From Spirochaetaceae bacterium (GTDB taxonomy: Bacteria; Spirochaetota; Spirochaetia; SZUA-6; Bin103), in assembly GCA_028821475.1 (NCBI GenBank), contig JAPPGB010000171.1, positions 12,727 through 76,726 on the forward strand: 64,000 nucleotides of DNA. The letters are read 5' to 3'. Each line of letters opens with the position of its first letter. The stretch's first letter is position 1. The position numbers were made by a program, and so were the translations under genes. Below the pieces are notes generated by a model. It made no database searches and was not told the origin of the DNA. It saw nothing but the letters and a program-made list of their open reading frames with translations. Below are positions 37,673-47,132 of the stretch, piece by piece.

Positions 37673-39634
37673 CTACTGGTCCTTCAGGTAGAGCTGGTCG
37701 GCGAACTCGCTGAGGCCGCCGGTCCACACGTGGCGCGGCACGAACGAGGTCATCACGTTGCCGACCCGGTTCTTGGCCACCACCGGCACCGGCACCTGGC
37801 CCACGGTGCCGATCCAGAACAGGTTGTCGGCCTGCGCCTCGGCGATCTGGTAGATCAGGTCGCGGTACTCCTCGCTCTGCTCCGGGGTCTGCTGCGCCTT
37901 GTAGATGCGCCGGTCATGCTCCTCAATCCACTGTGGCGGCTGCTCGCCCGGCAGGTCGCCCTCCGAACCGCCGCCCGCCTCGCGGGCGTACACTTCGCTC
38001 AGCCACTGGTCCCACAGCGGCGCCCAGTTGGACTCGGTGCTCGCCGCCAGGTGCTGGATCAGCTTCTCGAAGGCGCGCACGGCGATGTCGAACTGGTCGG
38101 TGTCGGTCAGCTCCCAGAAGAAAGAGGGTTCATGGCCGCGCAACTCGATGCGGATGCCGACGTCCTGCCAGTATTCCTTGATCAGCTCCAGCAGCTCGCC
38201 GCGCGAGGAGCCGATCTCGATCACCTGGTGGTGAATGGTGAACTGCAGCGGGCTGCCGTCCGGGGCCAGCCGGAAACCGTCGCGGTCGCGCGCGGTCAGG
38301 CCGATGCCGTCGAGCAGCTCGTTGGCCATCTCCGGGTCGTACTGGGCGTACGCCTGCGCCCAGGCGTCGTCGTACACGGAAAAGCTCTCCGGCACGGTAG
38401 CCTGGCGCGGCGTGCCCTGGCCGAAGTAGATCACCTCGTTGATCTCGTCGCGGTTGATCGCCACCGACAGCGCGACGCGGAAGTCGCGGTTCTGGATCAG
38501 CTCGCGCTTGACCGGGTCGCCCACGTTCCAGTTCGGCTGCAGTCCCATCTCGGAGCCGAACAGCCCGGGCACCAGGTGCACGGTGTAGTCGCCCGACTCT
38601 TCGTTCTGCTTGTACAGGGAGAAGTTCTCGAAGGTGGTGAACAGGTAGGCGATGTCGGCTTCGCCGGAGACGATCTTGAGATCGTAGGTCTCGGCGTTGA
38701 CGATCTCGCCGATCACCTGGTCGATATAGGGAAGCTGGTTGCCGGCCGAGTCGGCTACCATGTAGTAGGGATTGCGGTCCATCACCTTGCGTACCGTGTC
38801 GGACGAGGTGAGCACCCAGGGGTGGATCGTGGGCCGGGCCAGGTCCTCGGAGGGATTCCACCAGTAGTGGGAGCGGAACGCGTCCTCCCAGGTGTCGAAC
38901 CCCTCCTCCTTGGCCAGCGCCTCGGCGTCGTCGCCATAGTCGATGTGCCACTTCTTCAGGTAGTGGGCGGGCTGCAGGCCGACCCAGGCACCGCCGGCGG
39001 GTCCGGCGAAGTCGGTCACAATGTTGGGTACCGGCTCGGTCCAGGTTATCGAGAAGCTGTACTCGCTGATCTGCTGCGAATCCTTCAACGGCGCCCCCAT
39101 GAAGTTCCACATCTCCACCCCGTCCTTCAGGTGCATGTCCTTGAAGGCGAACACGAAGTCCTCGGCATCGAGCGGGTCGCCGTCCGACCAGCGCATGCCG
39201 GGCCGCACGTGCAGAGTGAGGTTCGTATAGTCGGGCGATTGCTCGTAATCGACGATCAGGCCGCTGTCGAAGGTGCCGTCGAAGTTCTGGCGGAAGAAGC
39301 GGGGCGAGATCTCGGTCATGTCGCCCACGTCCTGCCACGGGCTCGGATCGCGGTGGTACACGAACAGCGTACCGCCGTAGGTGCCGATCTCGTCGAACAC
39401 CGGCCGCACCATCGGCTCGGCAGGCATGCGCTCGTCGACCGGCGGCAACTCTCCGTTCGCCACCATCTCGGCGAGCATCGGCGCCTCGTTGAATCGGGTC
39501 GGCATGGCGCCGGTAGCGCTGCCGGAGGAGCCTCCCGACTCCTCCCCTTCAGCGGCGGCGAATGCGGACGTGCCGGTCAGGGCGAGCGCCGCGGCGGCGG
39601 CTATCGCCAAACAGTTCTTGAACATTCTGAACAT
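37673..39634 (-). CDS. ABC transporter substrate-binding protein, family 5 (paralog of 32391..34358)
   Basis: MFRMFKNCLAIAAAAALALTGTSAFAA signal peptide. Collinear similarity to SBP-1 (…APMLAEMVANGELPPVDERMPAEPMV…). Confidence 0.85.
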   Translation of the reverse strand: MFRMFKNCLAIAAAAALALTGTSAFAAAEGEESGGSSGSATGAMPTRFNEAPMLAEMVANGELPPVDERMPAEPMVRPVFDEIGTYGGTLFVYHRDPSPWQDVGDMTEISPRFFRQNFDGTFDSGLIVDYEQSPDYTNLTLHVRPGMRWSDGDPLDAEDFVFAFKDMHLKDGVEMWNFMGAPLKDSQQISEYSFSITWTEPVPNIVTDFAGPAGGAWVGLQPAHYLKKWHIDYGDDAEALAKEEGFDTWEDAFRSHYWWNPSEDLARPTIHPWVLTSSDTVRKVMDRNPYYMVADSAGNQLPYIDQVIGEIVNAETYDLKIVSGEADIAYLFTTFENFSLYKQNEESGDYTVHLVPGLFGSEMGLQPNWNVGDPVKRELIQNRDFRVALSVAINRDEINEVIYFGQGTPRQATVPESFSVYDDAWAQAYAQYDPEMANELLDGIGLTARDRDGFRLAPDGSPLQFTIHHQVIEIGSSRGELLELIKEYWQDVGIRIELRGHEPSFFWELTDTDQFDIAVRAFEKLIQHLAASTESNWAPLWDQWLSEVYAREAGGGSEGDLPGEQPPQWIEEHDRRIYKAQQTPEQSEEYRDLIYQIAEAQADNLFWIGTVGQVPVPVVAKNRVGNVMTSFVPRHVWTGGLSEFADQLYLKDQ

Positions 39635-39745
39635 GGAGACCTCCCTGGTTTGATTGCCGCGATCATAGTTGAGTGTGGCGTCCCTTGTACACCTCTACCG
39701 CCGTGCGGCCGTGTGGCCTCTGGTGGCCACTCACTATAGAATGAG

Positions 39746-40925
39746 CTATTGCTTGTAGGGGTCGGCGACGTCGCGCAGGCCGTCGCCGGCGAAGTTGAAG
39801 CACAGCACGGTGAATACCACGAACAGCGCCGGAATCAGCAGCCACGGGTGCAGCGCCACGGTGCGCACGTTCTGCGCCTGCTGCAGCATCACCCCCCAGC
39901 TCACCACCGGCGGGCGCAGCCCGATGCCGATGAAGCTCAGCGCGGTCTCGCCCAGGATCATGTAGGGCACCGCAAGGGTGATGTGGACCACCAGGTAGCT
40001 CATGAACCCCGGCAGCAGGTGGCGGAAGATGATCGACCGCTCCGGTGCGCCGGCCACCGACGCGGCCATGACGTAGTCTTCCACCCGCAACTGCAGGATC
40101 TTGCCGCGCACCACCCGCGCCAGCCCGGTCCAGCCGACCAACGACAGGATCACCGTAATCATGAAGTAGATGCGCAGCGGCGGCCAGTTCAGCGGCACCG
40201 CGGCCGCCAGCGCCATCCACAACGGGATCGTGGGCAGCGACTGCAGGAACTCGATGATGCGTTGCACGATCATGTCGGCGGCGCCGCCGAAATATCCCGA
40301 GATGCCGCCGAGCAGGCAGCCGAGCACGAAGCTGATGGTCACGCCGAGCAGCCCGATGGACAGCGAGATGCGCGCCCCGGCCAGCACCCGCGAGAACATG
40401 TCGCGGCCCAGGCTGTCGGTGCCGAACAGGAACATGTAACCGGGCCGGTCGACGCCCAGCAGGTGCAGCGTGCTCGGGAACAGGCCGATCACCCGGTACT
40501 CGTGGCCGCGCACCAGGAACCGCACCGGAAAGATCTGCTCGCGGTCGTCCTCGTACACGGGGGCCAGCGTCTCGGGGTGGCGGCCCACGATCAGGCCATA
40601 CACGAACGGGCGATGCAGCCGGCCGTCGTGGAACAGGCGCACCCTCGTGGGCGGCGCGAACAGGTGGTCGGGATGCCGCTGGTAGGTGTCCGCGACCGCG
40701 AAGAATCCGGCGAACGCCGCCAGCAGGTAGATGACCAGCAGGATGACGCTGCCGATCACCGCCAGGCGATGTTTCAGGAACCGACGCCGGATCAGGGTCC
40801 AACTCGACGCCACGTAGTAGCGCTCGCTGCGCTCGTCGGTGGCGGTCTCGGCCGGCTCCTCGATCCGGTAGCGGGCGACGCCGGTGGGCGCGGGGGCCTC
40901 GTCCCGCGGTCGGCTCGAACTCATG
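39746..40925 (-). CDS. ABC transporter permease OppC-like (paralog)
   Basis: MSSSRPRDE...YYVASSWTLIRRRFLKHRLAVIG... is near-identical in organisation to 34441..35613. The track ORF is over-extended upstream. Confidence 0.85.
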
Positions 40926-41919
40926 CCCGTGCCTCGTTCTCGAAGCGGATGCGGGGATCGATGCTTACCAGCATCAGGTCGGACACCAGCGTGCCCATCA
41001 TCGCCAACCCGCTGAGCAGCATCACCATGCTGCCGGCCAGGTACATGTCCTGCGCCTGCAGGGCGCGCAGCAGCAGCGGGCCGACGGTGGGCAGGCTGAG
41101 CACGATGGACACCAGGGTCTCGCCCGCCACGATCGCCGGCAGCAGGTAGCCGATGGTGCTGATGATCGGATTGAGGGCCAGCCGTACCGGGTACTTGAAC
41201 AGGATGATGCCCTCGCGCAGTCCCTTGGCGCGCGCCGTAATCACGTACTGCTTGGACAACTCGTCGAGTAGCGAGCCGCGCAGGATGCGGATGATCTCCG
41301 CGGTGCCGGCGGTGCCGATCACGATCAGCGGGATCGGCAGGTGCTTGAGCAGGTCGATCACCTTGCCGATGCTCCACGGCTCCAGCACGTACTCGCGCGA
41401 GAACAGTCCGCCCACGCTCCAGCCCAGGTGGGTGAACGTCAGGTACATCAGGATCAGCGCGAGCAGGAAGTTGGGGGTAGCCAGGCCGATGAAGCCGGCC
41501 ACCGTGAACGCGTAATCGCCTACCGAATAGGGCCGCGTAGCCGAATAGATGCCGATCGGCACCGCGATGACGTACACGAAAATCAGCGACGCGACCGAGA
41601 TGGTGACGGTCAGCGCAAGCCGCTCCAGGATCAGGTCGGTGACCTCCTCGTTCCACTGGAAGGAGCGCCCCATGTCACCCTGCAGCAGGTTGCCGAACCA
41701 CTTCAGGTACTGCAGCATCACCGGCTGGTCGAGGCCGTAGCGATCCTCCAGGGCGCGGATCATCTCGTCGTCCACCGTCATCCCCAGGTTGCGCATGTTC
41801 TGGATCATGGTGCTGAGGTAGTCGCCGGGCGGAAGCTGGATGATCAGGAACGACACCAGCGACAGCACCAGCAGCAGGATGATCATGTAGATGACACGGC
41901 GCACGAGGTAGTGAACCAT
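40921..41919 (-). CDS. ABC transporter permease OppB-like (paralog)
   Basis: MVHYLVRRVIYMIILLLVLSLVSFLIIQLPPGDYLST... Confidence 0.85.
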   Translation of the reverse strand: MVHYLVRRVIYMIILLLVLSLVSFLIIQLPPGDYLSTMIQNMRNLGMTVDDEMIRALEDRYGLDQPVMLQYLKWFGNLLQGDMGRSFQWNEEVTDLILERLALTVTISVASLIFVYVIAVPIGIYSATRPYSVGDYAFTVAGFIGLATPNFLLALILMYLTFTHLGWSVGGLFSREYVLEPWSIGKVIDLLKHLPIPLIVIGTAGTAEIIRILRGSLLDELSKQYVITARAKGLREGIILFKYPVRLALNPIISTIGYLLPAIVAGETLVSIVLSLPTVGPLLLRALQAQDMYLAGSMVMLLSGLAMMGTLVSDLMLVSIDPRIRFENEARA

Positions 41920-42001
41920 CAGGCTCAGGCCTCCGGCGCCGAACGCGTGTTCGGCGAAGCGCACCGGTCCCGGCGGCGGGAGTCGAGCGGGCGCCGCATG
42001 G

Positions 42002-43207
42002 TCAGTCGGCGATCACCGCTGGCGCCAAGTCTCCGATCGACGCCCCCAGGCGATCGGCGTTGCCGTGGCCGTTCGACTTCTCCGCCGGTCGTTGCGCCGT
42101 GGCCGGCAGCGGCACGTCGTACTGGTAGCCGGGCTCGACCTGCTGCCGGCGCCAAGTGGCGCGCATCTCCCGCCAGGCGGCGAATACCCACTTGGGCTCG
42201 GGGGTGTCCGCCGCGATCGCCTTGCCGAGGCGGCGCAGGTTGTAGCACGGCACGCCGGCGTACATGTGATGCTCCATGTGCCAGTTCATGCGCCAGTACA
42301 GGAACGTGCTGAGCGGGTCGAGCTTGATGGAGCGCACGCACTTGCGGAAGTCGGCCACGTTGGTGCGCAGCCCGCAATGCATCGGCAGGTGGGTGACGTA
42401 GCGCCAGAAGTTGGCGATGAATATCGGCAGGCTGACCAGCACCGGCAGCAGCCAGAGCTGAAACACGATTGCCGCGGCCAGCACCAGGGCGTGGAACAGC
42501 AGGATCAGGCGCGCCCAGCGTACCGACTTGCGCAGCTCCTCGGGGTGGCCGGCGTAGACCGCTGTCAGCCACTCCGCCTTGGGGGATGCGAGGCCGCCCC
42601 GATCGCCGGTACCCGTTCTGTTCAGTGCCCTCTTGACGGTGTACCCGATGACCGGAATCAACCCGGCGGTATGGGGGCCGCCGGTGAAGTTGAGGGTAAG
42701 GATCTGCACCAGGAAGAAGAAGCGGAACGTGGGCGAGCGCGGCAACACCTCCTCGCGGTCGCCGTTCGGGTGCAGCGTGTAGCGATGGTGATAGGTGTGG
42801 CTCATCGCGTAGTCGTAGAAGTTGAACCAGGTGAGCAGCGCGTAGAAGCGCTTGAAGAACTGGTTGAGCGCCTTGGTACGAAACACGGTGCCGTGGGTCA
42901 GCTCGTGGTTGGCCGCCGCGTAGATGCTGCCCATGGTGCCGTGCAGGAACAGCGCCGCCGCGAACCCGACCCACATCTGCCGGGCAAACAGGTGCCAGGT
43001 CAGCAGTCCGCTCGCCGCCAGCAGGACCAGCGGCCCCACCGACTGGAACCAGCCCTTCAGGTCGCTGCGCTGCATCAGGCCGCGCAGCACGCGTGGATCG
43101 ATCGGACTCCGGTACCACCGGACTCGCATCGTACGCCGAACCTCGTCCAGTGGTGGGTAGGCCGCGGGAGTGCCGTTTGCCGGCGCCGTGGTTGCCGCCT
43201 GTGCCAT
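42002..43207 (-). CDS. membrane fatty-acid desaturase family protein (di-iron, three His boxes)
   Basis: His boxes HELTHG, HTYHH and HMEHH. Multiple TM segments. Confidence 0.85.
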   Translation of the reverse strand: MAQAATTAPANGTPAAYPPLDEVRRTMRVRWYRSPIDPRVLRGLMQRSDLKGWFQSVGPLVLLAASGLLTWHLFARQMWVGFAAALFLHGTMGSIYAAANHELTHGTVFRTKALNQFFKRFYALLTWFNFYDYAMSHTYHHRYTLHPNGDREEVLPRSPTFRFFFLVQILTLNFTGGPHTAGLIPVIGYTVKRALNRTGTGDRGGLASPKAEWLTAVYAGHPEELRKSVRWARLILLFHALVLAAAIVFQLWLLPVLVSLPIFIANFWRYVTHLPMHCGLRTNVADFRKCVRSIKLDPLSTFLYWRMNWHMEHHMYAGVPCYNLRRLGKAIAADTPEPKWVFAAWREMRATWRRQQVEPGYQYDVPLPATAQRPAEKSNGHGNADRLGASIGDLAPAVIAD

Positions 43208-43318
43208 GTTGAGTCACCTCCTCGTTGCAGGGCAGCATATCACGATCCGCCGGATTGTCACCGGCCCCGCGCAGCCGTTCCATGACGTTCGGGAGCCCGA
43301 TCCGTCAGGCCCGCAGCC

Positions 43319-43337
43319 GGGTGGCCAGTTTGGCCAC
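43319..43337. promoter_or_regulatory. perfect 8-bp inverted repeat GGTGGCCA-gt-TTGGCCACC in the 268-nt divergent region between the desaturase-like gene and GH32
   Basis: Palindrome read directly. It lies ~140 nt upstream of the GH32-2 start and ~110 nt upstream of the desaturase-like gene's start. Confidence 0.5.
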
Positions 43338-43475
43338 CGTGCGTTGACGCGGCGCGCGGACAGTGCGAATCTGCCCAGTGTGCTGAAGCGCGAGTTACGA
43401 ATAAACCACCGCTACCTGATCCTTCCGGTGCGCCGGCGAACAGCCGCCGAGGCAAGAGGTCAGTGGGGCGGAAAC

Positions 43476-44999
43476 ATGCGCCTGTGCCGCGACGGGCAGG
43501 TGCTGCGACACTTCGACATCGACTTGGCGGACGGCAGCGGCGACTACCAGGTGTTCAGCGACCTGCAGCCGTTTCTCGGGCAGCGGCTGCAGGTGGAGTT
43601 CGAGGGTACCGGAGCGGCGTCGCTCGACGGCCTGCGGCTGGCGGCCGAGCCGGTGCCGCCGGAGTCGCTGTACCGAGAGCGGCTGCGGCCGCAGTTCCAC
43701 TTCTCTTCGCGGAGAGGCTGGAACAACGACCCCAACGGCCTGTTCTGCTTCGGCGGCGAGTATCACCTGCTGTATCAGCACAATCCGTACAGCGTCGAAT
43801 GGGGCAACCTGCACTGGGGGCACGCGGTGAGCCGCGACCTGGTGCACTGGAGCGAGCGGCCTGTGGCCCTGTACCCGGATGCGCTGGGCGCCATGTCCAC
43901 CGGCAGCACCGTGGTGGATTACGCCAACACCTCCGGCCTGGGCAGCCCGGGCGCACCGGCGATCGTCGCCGTCTACACCGCCGGCCACGCTTCCTGGACG
44001 CCGGGCTTCGTGCAGTGCCTGGCCATTTCCACCGACGGCGGAACTACCTGGAGCAAGTACGACGGCAACCCGGTGATCGAGCACATCGTGCACCGCAATC
44101 GCGATCCCAAGGTGATCTGGCATCCCGAGACCGGGCGCTGGGTGATGGTGCTGTACATGGACCGTTTCGACTATGCGATCTTCACCTCGCCCAATCTGCT
44201 GCAGTGGGAGCGCGTCAGCGACCTGGAGCTGCCGCGTTGCACCGAGTGCCCGGAGCTGTTTCCACTCGCCCTGGACGGGGAGCAGAAGTGGGTGTTCTGG
44301 GGAGCCAACACGACCTACCTGGTGGGCTCCTTCGACGGGCGCACCTTCCACCCGGAGCAGGGGCCGCGCAAGCTGCAGCCGGACGGCAACGGCTATGCCG
44401 CGCAGACCTGGAGCGACGTGCCGCCGGAGGATGGCCGCCGGATCCAGATGGCGTGGCTGCGGCAGCAGATGCCGGGCATGCCGTGGGGCCAGTGCATGAC
44501 CGTTGCGCACAGCCTGGGGCTGCAGCGCCGCGGCGATCAGGTGGTGCTCACCGCGGACCCGGTGCGGGAGTTGGAGAGCTTGCGGGCGGAGCGCTGGCAG
44601 GTTGCCGATACCGAGATTGCGCCGGCGCGGCCGCTGGAGGCCGAGGTGAGCGGCGAGCTGCTGGACGTGGAGGCGGAGTTGGAACTGGGCTCTTCCGACT
44701 GCGTGGGCGTGGTGGTGCGCGGCGTACCGGTGTTCTACGATCGGCGCCTCGGTGCGCTGTGCTGCGGCGAGTACACGGTGCCGATGCCGGAGCCGGACGG
44801 GCCGTTCGCCTGGCGCATCCTGGCCGACCGCGCATCGTTGGAGCTGTACGCGGACGGCGGCGCGGTGAACATCGCGGCCGGCGTCATCCTGCCCGAGTGG
44901 GAGCGCTCGGTGCGGCTGGTGGCGGCCGGAGGCAGCGCGGTGGCGAAGCGGGTGACGGTGGCGCGGTTGCGGTCGGCGTGGCCGTTGGTGGAGGTTTGA
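43476..44999 (+). CDS. glycoside hydrolase family 32 (canonical motifs)
   Basis: WNNDPNGLFCFGGEYHLLYQHNP, RDPKVIWH and ECPELF catalytic triad boxes. The start was trimmed to MRLCRDG because the upstream gene ends at 43207. Confidence 0.85.
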   Translation: MRLCRDGQVLRHFDIDLADGSGDYQVFSDLQPFLGQRLQVEFEGTGAASLDGLRLAAEPVPPESLYRERLRPQFHFSSRRGWNNDPNGLFCFGGEYHLLYQHNPYSVEWGNLHWGHAVSRDLVHWSERPVALYPDALGAMSTGSTVVDYANTSGLGSPGAPAIVAVYTAGHASWTPGFVQCLAISTDGGTTWSKYDGNPVIEHIVHRNRDPKVIWHPETGRWVMVLYMDRFDYAIFTSPNLLQWERVSDLELPRCTECPELFPLALDGEQKWVFWGANTTYLVGSFDGRTFHPEQGPRKLQPDGNGYAAQTWSDVPPEDGRRIQMAWLRQQMPGMPWGQCMTVAHSLGLQRRGDQVVLTADPVRELESLRAERWQVADTEIAPARPLEAEVSGELLDVEAELELGSSDCVGVVVRGVPVFYDRRLGALCCGEYTVPMPEPDGPFAWRILADRASLELYADGGAVNIAAGVILPEWERSVRLVAAGGSAVAKRVTVARLRSAWPLVEV

Positions 45000-45004
45000 G
45001 AACG

Positions 45005-45832
45005 ATGTCCGAGCTTGATGTAACTCCGATTGCGGGCGCCCTGGGAGCCGAGGTGCGCGGCGTGGACCTCGGCGGCTCGCTGGACGCCGCCACCGTGGCC
45101 GAGATCCGGCAGGCGCTCCTGGACCACTTGGTGATTTCTTTCCCGGCGCAGGAGTTGACGCCGAAGTCGCTGCTCGCGTTCGCACGCTGCCTCGGCGATC
45201 CGCTCGAGTATCCGCAGTTGCAGGGCCTGCCGGAGGCGCCGCTGGTGACCGCGGTTACCAAGCTGGAGCACGAGCGGGTGGCCTTCGGCGGCGTGTGGCA
45301 CACCGACACCAGCTACCTGGAGCAACCGCCGCTCGGCAGCCTGCTGTACGCGGTGGAGCTGCCGCCATACGGCGGCGACACCCTGTTCGCCAACCAGTAC
45401 CTGGCCTACGAGCGCCTGTCCGAGGGGTTGCGCGAGGCCCTTGCCGGCATGACCGCCATCTACACGTCGACCAAGCCGGCGGTGGCGGCCACGCGCGAGG
45501 ACCGCTTGCGCGAGCGCGGCGTGCAGGCCAAGGTGCTCACCAGCGAACACCCGGTGGTGCGCACCCACCCGGAGACGGGGCGCAAGGCGCTGTACGTCAA
45601 CTGCGGGCACACGTCGCACTTCAAGGGCTGGAGCGAGGCGGAGAGCCAGCCGCTGCTGGAGTACCTGTTTCAGCACCAGGTGCAGCCGCAGTTCACCTGC
45701 CGCCTGCGCTGGCAGCCCGGCACCCTGGCGATCTGGGACAACCGCTGCACCCAGCACCTGCCGATCAACGACTACGACGGCTTCCGCCGCGTCATGCACC
45801 GCGTCACCCTGGCCGGCGACCAGCCGGCGTAA
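45005..45832 (+). CDS. TauD/TfdA family Fe(II)/2-oxoglutarate-dependent dioxygenase
   Basis: WHTDTSYLEQPP (HxD) and C-terminal ...QHLPINDYDGFRRVMHRVTL resemble taurine dioxygenase / alkylsulfatase AtsK-type enzymes. Confidence 0.85.
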   Translation: MSELDVTPIAGALGAEVRGVDLGGSLDAATVAEIRQALLDHLVISFPAQELTPKSLLAFARCLGDPLEYPQLQGLPEAPLVTAVTKLEHERVAFGGVWHTDTSYLEQPPLGSLLYAVELPPYGGDTLFANQYLAYERLSEGLREALAGMTAIYTSTKPAVAATREDRLRERGVQAKVLTSEHPVVRTHPETGRKALYVNCGHTSHFKGWSEAESQPLLEYLFQHQVQPQFTCRLRWQPGTLAIWDNRCTQHLPINDYDGFRRVMHRVTLAGDQPA

Positions 45833-45856
45833 CCTCGCGGCGGCGAGCCGCCGGTG

Positions 45857-46189
45857 TCACTCCTTGAGAGCGAGGTGGACGATGACCGGGACGGCCACAC
45901 CCGCGGGCAGCGAGCCGGTCAGGCGCAGCCAGCCGCCGAAGTGGCGGACGCGTGCGAAGGTAGTCGGCCCCGGCGTGCTCGGGAGCGCGATCTCGGTTCC
46001 CTCGTCGGTCCAGTGGATGCCGTCGGGAGCGATCTGCACACGGGCGGCGGTGCCGGCAGGCAGTTCGCCGTCGATCAGCCGGATGAAGAAGATCGCCTCG
46101 CGTGCCCAGGCGGACTCGTACGGCTCGGTGGCGTACTCGCCCTCCCAGGTGGTGCCCAACTCGATAGTCGCGGTGTGACTCTGTCTCAC
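45857..46189 (-). CDS. hypothetical protein (110 aa), last gene of GH32-3 operon
   Basis: ORF abutting the upstream gene (10-nt gap); no recognisable motif. Confidence 0.5.
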   Translation of the reverse strand: MRQSHTATIELGTTWEGEYATEPYESAWAREAIFFIRLIDGELPAGTAARVQIAPDGIHWTDEGTEIALPSTPGPTTFARVRHFGGWLRLTGSLPAGVAVPVIVHLALKE

Positions 46190-46199
46190 TGATTATTCC

Positions 46200-47054
46200 T
46201 TACGGGGCGGTGGAGACCGCAACGCTGTCCAGGTAGAGGAACGCGCGCGTGGCGGCGTCGCTCTCCACGAAGAATACGACGTTCAGCATCGACCACAGGT
46301 TGGGCATCGCCGGCAGCCGCATCGGTTCGATGCCGGCCACGTCCAGGTCGCGCTCGTTGCAGCGGAAGCCCAGAAACCGCATGCCGGCCAAGTCGAAGTC
46401 CAGCCGCAGGTAGTACCAGTTGTGCTTGGTGGCGATCTCGTTGTAGCAGAGGCGCTGGCCGCCACCGGGAATGTCGACCCAGTTGCTCGACTTCAAGTGG
46501 AAGTGCGACCAGGTCTTGCCGTGGGTACCGATGTCGACCAGCGGCTCGCGCTCGTTCTTGTACTGCCAGCGCTCCACGCGCCGGCCCTCGAAGGCGTTGA
46601 GGTAGCGGATGTGCGGCATCACCCGCAACGGCTCGGCCGCCTGGCCGTCGGCGTGCTGCAGGTCGAGCACCACCCCGAACGCGCGCACCGCCGTCTCGCC
46701 GAGTTCGAGTTCGCTCGCCTCCGGCTTGAAGGTCACGATCGCCTCCACCCGCACTGGTCCGGCGGTGCGAAACGTGGAGCGCTTGATCGCGGTGCAGAAG
46801 GTGCCCGGCTTGGCGCGCGTGGCCAGCTTCAGCGCGTAGGCGCCGCCGATCGCCCCGGAGGTGCCGGCGTCCCACATGGTCAGGTTGCTCAACATCGGCG
46901 GGCGCATGTCCATGTACTCCGGCAGCATCGCGTCGATCCGGTCCTCGTAGTTGCCGATCAGCGCCCCCCAGCCGTTCACCCCGTCGTTGAAGTCGTCAAA
47001 GAACAGCAACCGCTGCAACGGTTCGAACAACTGCAGCATCGTGTATGCCTGCAT
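46200..47054 (-). CDS. hypothetical protein (284 aa), possibly lectin/jelly-roll-like, in GH32-3 operon
   Basis: Long ORF (MQAYTMLQLFEPLQRLLFFDDFNDGVNGWG...NWYYLRLDFDLAG...) 78 nt downstream of GH32-3; no recognisable catalytic motif. Confidence 0.55.
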   Translation of the reverse strand: MQAYTMLQLFEPLQRLLFFDDFNDGVNGWGALIGNYEDRIDAMLPEYMDMRPPMLSNLTMWDAGTSGAIGGAYALKLATRAKPGTFCTAIKRSTFRTAGPVRVEAIVTFKPEASELELGETAVRAFGVVLDLQHADGQAAEPLRVMPHIRYLNAFEGRRVERWQYKNEREPLVDIGTHGKTWSHFHLKSSNWVDIPGGGQRLCYNEIATKHNWYYLRLDFDLAGMRFLGFRCNERDLDVAGIEPMRLPAMPNLWSMLNVVFFVESDAATRAFLYLDSVAVSTAP

Positions 47055-47132
47055 GCCCCGGACTATCGCACACCGCCCCGGTGCCTACAACGTGGGTGGG
47101 AACGCTTGCAGTCCCCGAACAGGGAGCCGCGA

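Noticed and set aside
43170-43475. Upstream extension of GH32-2 ORF (MPFAGAVVAACAMLSH...)
   Set aside because: It overlaps the start of the convergent desaturase gene (43207) and contains the palindromic operator. The ATG at ~43476 (MRLCRDG) gives a normal GH32 length.
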